From assembly GCF_001194135.2 (NCBI RefSeq), contig NC_069003.1:27821987-27885986 (forward strand): 64,000 nucleotides of DNA. Reading direction: 5' to 3'. This stretch comes from Octopus bimaculoides. Taxonomy: Eukaryota. Position numbers and translations under genes: made by a program. This document shows, one piece after another, positions 53,336-64,000 of this stretch (position 1 is its first letter; the number at the start of each line of letters is the position of its first letter). The notes beneath the pieces were generated by a model. It had not been told where the DNA came from and did no database searches. It saw only the letters and a list, made by a program, of their open reading frames with translations.

Positions 53336-53871
53336 CTAAGACAAAAGAGTGAAATTTGAGGGAGATTTGGCTGGTATTTCTAGCATGTTAAGTGGCTCGC
53401 TTTATCTTTTAGTTGCTTTAGTCATTAGTTGGAGTTATGAACTCTTTTTCAACAGGAAGTTTATGTCCAACTAAAAAGATTTGTCTCCCCTTACACACAC
53501 TTCCTGTTTTGACACCACACTTCCTGCTTAACACAAACTTTTAGCCCTTTTTTAAAGCCTAACACAACTCTCAATTCTCATGCATCCTTATTTTTCCAAC
53601 CATTATATACATGGATTACCATTGAACTTCAAAAGCTCAAAGACAATATAATGTATTGGTATGTTTATTTTTTATATATATTATTTTCTTCATTTTGTAC
53701 TTCTTTGTAAAAAACATTTTCATTCTCCCTCTTCTTGAAAATTTGCTATGCAAGGAAAGCCGGTTAGAAATCTTTATTAAAATATGCTTTGAGTTTAGCA
53801 TTCTACCTTATTATTTTTCATTTTCCTATTATTTCTCCACATGCGGTTAACACAACCCCACTATTTACTGA

Positions 53872-53939
<68 letters not shown>

Positions 53940-54604
53940 TGTGTGTGTGTGTATAAGTAAACTAATGCATTCTTTATGCACGCCCACTTGTTGTTATTGT
54001 TAATTTCAATGTTCATTTATTTGATTTGACTACATATCTAATCATATGTGTATAAATGTGTGTGTGTACGTATACAAGTGTATGCTTGTGTCTCTTTGTT
54101 TTAACAAGTATTTTAGTTGTAAATGAGTGTCGCATTCATATAAGTGGTATCATGTTTGCAGTCTTCTGGACTACATGTCTGCTGGCCATGGGGGAAATTT
54201 GACCTTGCTAGGAAACCCGTGTGGGCTGGTGACAGGAAAGACGTATAGCTGTACAAAATCCATATCATCTGACCGAGACAAGCTTGGAAAGTGGACATTA
54301 AATGACGACAGTGATGATAATTATGTTAATATATTGATAGATTACCAGGGCAATTCTGTCTCCTAATTATGAATTGTGTGGGAATAGTGTTAGTGTGTTG
54401 TCCTGATAATGTTACCAATAAAACATAAATATCCTTTAATGATAACCAAGGAATGTCTTGTAATACATTTCGTCTGTGATATTGCCAAAACAGAGATCAG
54501 ATAATTGTCGGGTAACTTTAATTAGAACATAAAATACTTCAGTGGTTTCCTTGATTCCACTAAAATGGTGAAAGTTTCTATTTGTTGTTATACTGTGGGT
54601 GGCT

Positions 54605-54780
54605 ATGGAAGGCACAGATGTGGTTGTGTGACTAAGAAGCTCGCTTCCCAACCATGTGGTCTCGGGTTCAGTCCCACTGCATGGCACCTTGGGTAAATGT
54701 CTTCCATTATGTACCTCAGGGCAACCAAAAGCTTGTGAGTGAATTTGATAGACATAAATTGACAAAAGCACATTGTGTGT
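54605..54780 (+). mobile_element. Family B SINE, 5' half
   Basis: gaagctcgcttcccaaccatgtggtctcgggttcagtcccactg. Confidence 0.85.
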
Positions 54781-55149
54781 GAGTGTATATATATGTACAT
54801 ACATACTCACCCCCCCCCCCNNNNNNNNNNNNNNNNNNNNNNNNNNNNNNNNNNNNNNNNNNNNNNNNNNNNNNNNNNNNNNNNNNNNNNNNNNNNNNNN
54901 NNNNNNNNNNNNNNNNNNNNNNNNNNNNNNNNNNNNNNNNNNATATATATGTGTGAAGGGGCATAGCCCAGTGGTTAAGTTGTTGCACTCACAATCATTA
55001 TATCGTGGGTTTGATTCCCTGAGGGGGCGGCATGTTGTGTTCTGTGAAGGAATGGCTGAAAGGTTGCTTTTTTTTTTTTTTCACCAACGCACCAATTACA
55101 TCAGAACTTGTCAGCTCTTTCTCTCTCTCTTTCGCTTGATCTGTTTGTT

Positions 55150-55545
55150 CCTGGCTTCCTCAGATGCTATAGTACCATTCCTTATGAGACTACACCAGAC
55201 AGATCTCTGAGCAGTGAGGCCCTTTCATGACTAAATTAATGCGGTGGTTTTCAGAGCGTCTCCTGACAAGGCACACACCTCTTACTAATTCCTAGCGGTG
55301 AAGATGTTTCAAAAGTTGTTCTTCACCCATTCTGATGGAGTGATCAGCCCAGTGCAGCTGCACTTCAAATAGGAACATGGATTCTGTGAAACACAGCCTC
55401 ATTGTTTGAAGTTTTTTCTTGCCAGTGAATATGCAATATTTTGCACAGGCATTCAGAAGGAATCCATTAAGCTCCTTGGCATGTTTATTTCAATCTCTGG
55501 CGAAAAGTGTTCCATATTAGTTTGGCGCCAACTCTTTGACCTGTC
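55150..55545 (-). mobile_element. Decayed RTE-type LINE 3' fragment, different subfamily from 19.1 kb
   Basis: FLFEVQLHWADHSIRMGEEQLLKHLHR*ELVRG resembles the RTE QLRWAGHV.RM...LPKQLLYGEL..G motif. Confidence 0.6.
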
Positions 55546-56590
55546 AAGCATGGGAGCTCCTTCAAGGAACTTGTGCCCTGCTGGCATAGCTTCCAGTGTT
55601 ATCAATGCACACAAGTTACCTCACCACAACAAGGACTGGACTTAGTGTTGGTCTAGATGTATATGTTACACATGGAAACAAATGGTTTGGTCACAGCTTA
55701 GAAGCCTTCTGACTCTGGAGATACCCGCTCAGTTAGTACTCAACAGGATCTAAACAACAACTCAGTCAGTGAATGAAATTATACTGTTCTAAGTTCCCCT
55801 AAGTGAAATTGTAAAGGTGAATCAAAGTTTATGTTTTAAGTCACCATGGCTGAATGCCCACTTTATCGATGATAGACTAAACTTATACATATCTCTTCAT
55901 AATTGGTATTCATACTATGAAAATTTATAATTAGATAACGATATTCAACTGACAAACTGCAAGAGAATAAGTTGTAAACTAAAATCTATTATGTTTACTG
56001 ACAAGCATTATATATACACATAATAGGTAGAAGAAGGTGATAGAAGTTGTTCAATCAGCAAACTTGAGGGAGGAAATTAAATTGTGTAAATATCTATAGT
56101 ACTTATTTCCCTCCTTCACAGATCTCAATTCAAATTCCTTATAGGGTTGACTTTACCTTGCATCACATTGAAGTCAATAAAATAAGCAATAGTAAGTGCT
56201 GAAGTTGATTTAATCAGCTGTGCTCTTAAGCTGCAAAAATTGGTTTTGTGCCAAATCAAAAGAAATCAATATGCATCCAACACAAGAACAATTATGAATG
56301 CTGATTGCATAAGAAGTTTTCTTTTGAACTTGCTGACCCTCCTAGTACAGTAGTTGCTATTATTCCGCTTTGCAGCCACATGCATTCAGGTTCAATCTCA
56401 ATATGCAGCATCTTGGTTAAGCATCTACCATTGTTCTAAATTGATCAATGCCACGAGAGTATTCCGTAAATGGAAACACACACATATACATCACATACAT
56501 GCATATATATATATATATCAATTTAATTTTAATTTTTTATAAATTGATTTTAATTGAGTTTTTACCTGTAATTTTGGATTTTGTCCCTAA

Positions 56591-56635
<45 letters not shown>

Positions 56636-56640
56636 TATAT

Positions 56641-56701
<61 letters not shown>

Positions 56702-56862
56702 GTGCATGTGCAAGCAGTCAAATGTGCCTCTATGTTTATATATTCCAATGTCTGTCACCATTCTTGAGAGAAACAGCTTATTAATGCTGACATTCCTTGT
56801 TGACTGTATGACCAGTCACTCTGATTCTCTGGTATTTTATTTTTCAAGACCTTTGTAATAAT

Positions 56863-57061
56863 CCTTTCTACTGTAGGCACAAGGTCCGAAATTTTGGGGG
56901 AGGGGCTAGTCAGTTATATCGACCCCAGTCCATAACTGGAACCTATTTCATTGACCCTGATAGGATGAAAGGCAGTCGACCTCAATGGAATTTGAATTCA
57001 GAATGAATTCAGAACTAGCGGCATTTTTTCTGGTGTGTGCTAAGGACTCTGCCAGCTCACC
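56863..57061 (-). mobile_element. Family A SINE with 14-bp TSD
   Basis: acctttgtaataat (56849-56862) vs acctttgtaacaat (57062-57075). Confidence 0.9.
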
Positions 57062-60000
57062 ACCTTTGTAACAATGATGTCCCTTACTTGGAAAAATATA
57101 AGTGTTGGTGATAGGAAGAGCATCCAGCTTCACAATCCTGCCTCAAATAAATTTCCATCCAAACTCCTACTTGTAGGGGAAAAAAAAAAGGAAACGGATA
57201 TAATTATATTTAGTAACAAAGTTAAGTTCATGAAGCTAGGTTTCTTCTTGAAACATTACAATTTAATTACTTGGTAAAATTTGAGCAGGAAAATAAACAA
57301 AACAAAATATTCTGTTTGATATATATCCTGTGACTAGTTCATATTTGAAATGGAATTTCTTGGGAAATGTACAATTATCATAACTCAGAAATAAAATTTA
57401 TTAAGACTAAATGCCATAAACGTTGTTTCATTGTCGTTATCATCCATATTCATAATCTTTGATAATGATAGGTATTGACAGACTTAATGATACAAGACAC
57501 ACAGTATGTACAGTTATTCTGGTATACATGTTTCCATCACAAGTAATCCTGGGGAAATATACTTCCAAGTTTCTGCTGCTGGTATCTGACTGATTGTAAT
57601 AATATCTTCTTTGTAATTATCATTTGCATTCATTGCGGAAGCCAATTAAGTTGGTATGAAATTTAAACATATTCCTAGTCGTAATTCATCATGCTATGAT
57701 CATCATTGTCACATCAATTTTCTTAACATGCGTAAATGGTATCTAAGTATGTAAATGTCTGTTAGTGTATGGTTTGTTAAATGTTATGTTGTAGAATGGA
57801 AACTGGAAGAAGTTTAAAATTTCTTTTTTTTTTTTGTTAGTTTGAAAGAAAACAAAAAATTACTGTCCAAAAATCACAAAATAGAAATCATCCTTTTATA
57901 TTTGCATTAAACANNNNNNNNNNNNNNNNNNNNNNNNNNNNNNNNNNNNNNNNNNNNNNNNNNNNNNNNNNNNNNNNNNNNNNNNNNNNNNNNNNNNNNN
58001 NNNNNNNNNNNNNNNNNNNNNNNNNNNNNNNNNNNNNNNNNNNNNNNNNNNNNNNNNNNNNNNNNNNNNNNNNNNNNNNNNNNNNNNNNNNNNNNNNNNN
58101 NNNNNNNNNNNNNNNNNNNNNNNNNNNNNNNNNNNNNNNNNNNNNNNNNNNNNNNNNNNNNNNNNNNNNNNNNNNNNNNNNNNNNNNNNNNNNNNNNNNN
58201 NNNNNNNNNNNNNNNNNNNNNNNNNNNNNNNNNNNNNNNNNNNNNNNNNNNNNNNNNNNNNNNNNNNNNNNNNNNNNNNNNNNNNNNNNNNNNNNNNNNN
58301 NNNNNNNNNNNNNNNNNNNNNNNNNNNNNNNNNNNNNNNNNNNNNNNNNNNNNNNATATATATATATATATATATATAAATATATATATGTAAGATGATA
58401 AAATTGTAAATCAGACAATAATAAAGATAATTGCCTTGTGGTGGTCATTGTGAATTTGTAGATACTAAAAGTGTACATGCTCTCTTTTATTCGCTTTTAT
58501 TTCAATATTTTTTATTACCAAAGTAATTCTTTTTTTTTTCTGATCATTTGTCTATGATTCGGTTACTGAGAAAATGATAATATATATCACATCAACAAGT
58601 GTTAGTAATGTTGGTAGTGAAAGCAACATTCTGTGTTTTTTGATGAATACTCTAATTCTCTCACACTGTAACTGTTTTAATTCCTTCACATGATATCTCA
58701 CATCCGATCATTTGCAAAATGTGCAATTCAAGAACAATTAAAATTCATTTAATTTTGGAATGGGGACCTTCTCTATAGTTAATTAAAGTCAAATCTGTAG
58801 GAAAGGCCACTGTAAAAATGACAACTGGTAACATGAAGGTCTATTAAAGAAAATTACTTTACATTTAAAATTTAAGTAGGCAAGACAATTAAAACTACCC
58901 GTAAAAATGGCAATCTGTTATTATGACCAACTAGGGTTTATATTAAGTAACTAAGTGTTACTAGCCACCAAGAAAGAATTTGATTTTATTGTTCTTGAAA
59001 ACAATTATCTGAAGGGTTGTCGCTGTGCACTTCTCTCTCCCTGGGTTCATTAAAATCAGCGTTATTTAATGATTTCTGTGTTATATGAGATATGTAGTTA
59101 GTATGAAATCTGTAATAAATTAATAGTATTTAATTACTACCTGCTTAGATATTCTATTGGCAAAATTACTCAAGGTATATTTATAGGCATATATGCAGAA
59201 TAAAATTGTAGCATAAGAAACATACCCAAAGAGAGAGAGAGAGGTTGGATACTAACCCTTTAACATTCAAACTGGCCAAATCTAGCCCAAATATTCTACT
59301 TGTTTTATGTTCAAACTGGCCTGCTCCAGCTTCTCACTCCTACTCTACAATGTCATTCTAAAAACAATCAATCACCTCATTGAAATCTCAAAGCTACAAT
59401 ATAATGCATGATTAATTCAAAACAATGTAAATAAACAAATATTACATGTTCATTTATTTGATCTGACTATATAACCTGAAACCATGTGGTTGAGAAGCAA
59501 ACTTCTTGACACACAGCTATGCCTGCACCTATTTAATGCTTGTTTTACACCACCATTGCTAGAATTTTGGATGCATTTTATGGAATGCATTCTGTTCTAA
59601 TTATTCAGGTTAGGTCTCTGGTGTGAGGGTAATTTCTGACCACCATTTGTGTGTGTGTGTGTGTGTGTGTATGTGTGTGTGTGTAGGGGTGCGTGCTAAA
59701 GTGTTAAAGGTAATGGGTACTTCCCTTTCTGATCCGAGTCATACAGAGAAAAATAGTGAAGAAACTAATGTGCTGTGACCATGCTGGGTTGGTTACAAAC
59801 TTAAAAAAAAAAATTACTTTAAATGATTTATTGTATGCAGGTCTTTTACCCAGTTATTCTTTGTTAGCTTGAAATATCCTCGTTAACTTAAAAGAGAATT
59901 TTGTGATATTCTGTTTTTTTGTTTTTTTTTCCCAAGTGCTGCCTTTCATTAGAATTCTTTATAGCTTCTGTCAAATGAAGGTTGCCTGAAGTTTATTTCT

Positions 60001-60599
60001 AAGAATTAGTTAGTTAAAACCTTTAATTGTAAGCACTGGACATTGTTTTGTGTGCACAGTCATATAATTTCTCAAACGAAACAAACAAATTAATGAGTTT
60101 GATTTCTAATTAGCCAAGATCATTACATTTAAACATTTGTTACATGTTGCTCTAATCAACATATTATTCTCTTCTATTAATCAGTCCTCAATATTATAAT
60201 CAATTATTATGTAAAAGAATTTTATTTTGGAATTATTTTTGTGGGTATGGCGTTGTTATTTAACCATAGGTCAGGACATAACTTGACACTGATCAAGACC
60301 ACTCCACACAAAACCAATCCATCATGTTTCCAGACAATCTGCTCAAGGCTCCATTATCTATTATGTTCTTTCTCTTTTGAAATATGGCATGGTTTGAGGC
60401 AATTTTGGTTACTATTTTTAGTAGGGTCAGTGAACAGAGAGAGAGAGAGAGAGGCTCTTTCATTGGTCTGTTTTGTAGGTATATATTTTACGAAGAAAAA
60501 TAACAGGTAAAACAATGTGCTGTGACAATTTACATTACTGACATTTATTAAAATTGAAAGATGATATTGAGATTAACAACAACAACAAACATTTTAAGT

Positions 60600-61250
60600 T
60601 CATTTTCCCTGCTAAGTAAATCCTGTAGGCCCCACGATAGTCTTCTCTCTGTCTCTTTTCATCTAACATCATGCCTTCTTTCCTCCCTCATCATCTTTAG
60701 TCACGTCTGTCTTAGTCTTTCTCATTTACTTCTACATTCATTGCTCTGTTTTCTCTCATCCAGCCATTTTCATCCTTCTTCAACATAATACTCAGTCATG
60801 TCATTCCATTTCTCTTCACAACATCAACATTTAACATTTCCCATGCTGGCATGGGTTTCGCACCGTTTCCATCATTCACTACAATTCTCTGACTTCTCCG
60901 TAACACTCTGCTCATCCACTGAACTTTCTCATTTCCATTCTTTCCAGCCTTATCGGATGCTCCACACTCATCTTCCATGTCTCACATCACTTCTCACTCA
61001 GTTTCAGTGACACTCCTCTTCTCATTAGTACACGACTCAGTTCCCAGAACTTCTTCCACGAGCATCCACTGTAGCTACTGTTAACTGAGTTTGATCCACC
61101 TTCTTTCAACCCAATCACACCTTCCCTCTTCATGCCATTCCCAAGATCCAATTCAACAGACCCTCAACCAACAGCTGCTTCCAAACAAACTCTTACACTG
61201 GCTACTTTTGTAGCTGCCACACCAGTTAATAACCTTCCCTCACACCTACA
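60600..61250 (-). mobile_element. Highly decayed RTE LINE 3' fragment
   Basis: WKKFWELSRVLMRRGVSLKL matches the RTE W.KF.EL..L...G.SL segment. Layout parallels 19110-19725. Confidence 0.6.
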
Positions 61251-61289
61251 TTTATACAAATTCTCCCAACACATATTGAACATTTAACG

Positions 61290-61531
61290 CTGTGATTCTC
61301 AACCATTTTTTTGCTTATGGACCCCTTTGGTGATCCCATTCTCCTCAACTGAATTTTTATAACCAAAACTTCTTATTAAATTTCTGTAATTAGATGTTAT
61401 TAGGAATTGTACAAAAAATAAAAATATTTTGTGCATTGTAGAAATATAACCAGTTTATTGCACATAAATTTTAACAACAGAATCTTACATGGGCCCCCAA
61501 GGATCATATGGACCCTGGTTGAGAATCATGG
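61290..61531. mobile_element. hAT-type MITE related to 13665-14035
   Basis: TIRs ctgtgattctcaacc / ggttgagaatcatgg. 8-bp TSD atttaacg vs atttaatg (7/8). Confidence 0.82.
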
Positions 61532-61612
61532 ATTTAATGGAATTTTCTCCAACACTCTTACTGCACACTGCAACTTCTTTGTTCTTTTTGTTTTATTGCA
61601 TGTTTTACTGAT

Positions 61613-61915
61613 GGTGCATGGCTTAGTGGTTAGTGTTGCATTTGCAATTGTAAGATTGCAGTTTTGATTTCCAAACCAGGCAGCTAACTGTGCTCTTGAG
61701 CAAAACTCTTTATTTTCATGCAGTTCCAGTCTACTCAGCTATCAATAAGTTGCATGGTTTAGTGGTTAGGGTGTTAGACTTATGATTGTGGGTTTGATTC
61801 CTGGACAAGGTGATGTGTTGTGTTCTTGAGCAAAACACTTCATTTTATGTTGCTCCAGTCCACTTGGCTGGTAAAAATTAGTAATCCTGTGACAGACCAG
61901 TATCTCATCTGAAGA
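61613..61915 (+). mobile_element. Head-to-tail pair of family D SINEs
   Basis: gcatggYttagtggttag...cttgagcaaaac occurs at ~61617 and ~61752. Confidence 0.8.
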
Positions 61916-63779
61916 GGAATATATGTGCAAGAGAAACTGGGAAGCTGACCCTATGCTCCTTATGGAATAATGTGGACTAATCGATAGCAGGGGAGTTATC
62001 TCTGTGACAGGCTGGCGTCCCATTCAGGGTGGAGTAATGTTGTGATCTCATTCATTTACTCATCATAAAACCAGGTTCAGCTCCATCCTTATGACTCCTA
62101 GGGTTCATGACTGACCTACATTCCTTACCATCATCATTTTTGTCTTTCTTACATACACCTTCATACCTTTTTTGCTTCTATAAATGTATCTTCTTCAGTC
62201 CATTCTTTCACAATTTCTAACATCATATCACCTTCTTGCAGCAACTTTCATGATAACATTTTTTACTTCAACAGCATCTCCATCACCACAACTACAAAAG
62301 GTGGTGGGTTTCATATTGATGATTCCTAATGCATCCCAACCTTCATCTCTGCATCAATTGTATGAATCTAATTTAATTATTCTTGATCATATACATATCT
62401 GTAATGAGATCTGTTCATGTGACTTACAAATATGCACTCTGTTTTGTATTGTAATTACTATAGCAAGTGGTGGATGATTATATTATCTAATATAATTTAT
62501 TTTTTCTTACTTCAAATTTTGCTAGAGATGATTTTTGCCTTTCATTTTTTTTTTTTCAGAGTTGATAAAATAAGTACCAGTAATATATTTGACTTATTGC
62601 AATTAAATATATTTTTTTACCTTAAAAAAAAAAGAGGAAAGGAAACTAGTATTTAGAAATGAAATCTTATAAAAGTTGATGTTTTTTTCCTTTCATCCTA
62701 GTTGGACTAATTGTGCCAAATGTAACAATCAAGTATTTGAGACGATATGATCAAATCGACTCTACCTCACTCCCTACTGAAATGTATATATGACCGTATG
62801 ACAATAACAAAAACATTTTAAATGATATTCATAACTTATTTCATTTGATATTTTATTTATTGCACTACCTTACTCAATAGCAAGATATCAAAAGAATTTT
62901 TTGAAACTCCTTGCTTGTGTTCAACATACTAACATAATGTTTTCAAATGTGCTGATTTATGCCATGAAATTTCCACTGGCTTTGCTAGTTATTATAATTA
63001 GAATAAAGTTAAGCTTCTTATGAACCAAATCCACGATGGGGGATTTGATTTTCAGTTGAAGACGTTGCTTTACATTGGGGAAACGTATAAGCAACCAATA
63101 TCTCAGCTCTCCTCCTGTTAAACCTTGTATGTCTAGCTCAGACTTCCAGCTGAAGAAATCACTTATGCTGGGTTATATATATATATATATAAAGAATAAA
63201 GAAAAATAAAAAACATTTTTCCTCTTACTAAATCCGACATGTCTAAGACTTCTAGTGGAAGACTTCATTGGAGAAATTCTTAAAAGACCAATATCTCATT
63301 TCTCGTCATGCTAAACCTCATATGTCTGCCTAAGAAATCATTATCATCTATCATGATTCGAATAATCTTTTGCATGTTTCTTTCTTCAGTCTCTGTCATT
63401 ATATTTTCTTGTCTTGCAGTCTTACATTTATGTTCCCTTTTAGTCTTCCACCAGCAATTCCAAAAGCTTAGCCAAACAATTTGAAATGTTTTATCTACTT
63501 ACCATTATTTTGACAATAGAATATTAATATAATATCTAATTTTTCTGTAGTACGAGAAAATGATGACTGGATGTAGATGAGTTTTCTATACATCAGATTT
63601 ATATACAAGCATGCTTTGTTACTTCCTTCCTTCACTATGAATGAACGATTTCAATTTATGTCATACTGCTCTTTTAAAGTACCAGATATAAATTTAATCT
63701 TCACTAAAACAAATAGACATATTCACATTTTTTCCTTTCATATAATTATTTTTCTGATTTGTGTCTACAATACTTGCAT

Positions 63780-63839
63780 ATTTTCTTTCTCTCTCCCTCT
63801 CTGTGTCTTTCTTTGAGCCTGTCTTTATTTTTCTTTCTT

Positions 63840-63880
<41 letters not shown>

Positions 63881-64000
63881 CTTTCATTCTACTTTCCTTT
63901 TCCTTCCTTCCTACCTTTCTTTCAATCCCTTCTCTTCCTTTTTCTTTCCCTCTTTCTCTTTCTTTCTTACTTTGTCTTCCTCTTCCTTCCTCTCTTCCTC
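63780..64000. repeat. Polypyrimidine (CT/CTT/CCTT) tract of more than 200 bp
   Basis: Directly visible; runs off the window end. Confidence 0.95.

Noticed and set aside
57480-57660. MNANDNYKEDIITISQIPAAETWKYISPGLLVMETCIPE on the minus strand
   Set aside because: 39 codons, no acceptor upstream, no recognisable family.
1-64000. A novel multi-gene system (defence island, viral insertion, operon)
   Set aside because: No long intact ORF, no gene cluster and no prokaryotic or viral composition. Visible coding remnants are degraded transposon proteins. About 2.3 kb is hidden in gaps and cannot be judged.

Overview
AT-rich, repeat-dense eukaryotic DNA, not prokaryotic. The SINE families, (TA)n/(CA)n/(GA)n microsatellite load and eight N-gaps are typical of a short-read octopus (coleoid cephalopod) assembly; this is my inference from recalled repeat sequences, not a search result. 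I found no intact, recognisable host protein-coding gene. Almost all ORFs in the track are microsatellite, gap or repeat artefacts. Well supported: many tRNA-derived SINE copies of 4-5 families (three with clear 14-16 bp TSDs), decayed RTE and CR1/L2-type LINE fragments, two internally deleted mariner elements, Tc1-, Tigger-, hAT- and piggyBac-type MITEs, and tandem repeats. Most notable unexplained structure: (1) a fold-back family with two copies, each abutting a 3'-truncated SINE; (2) two local inverted duplications at SINEs; (3) a CpG-retaining to CpG-depleted transition near 18 kb, visible in copies of the same SINE; (4) a promoter/5'UTR-like region at 17-18 kb with a candidate minus-strand spliced gene running left; (5) a palindrome-dense Helitron-like block at 15.5-15.9 kb. 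I see no convincing evidence for a new multi-gene system. Repeat boundaries are approximate unless TIRs or TSDs are quoted, and family letters A-E are my own labels.
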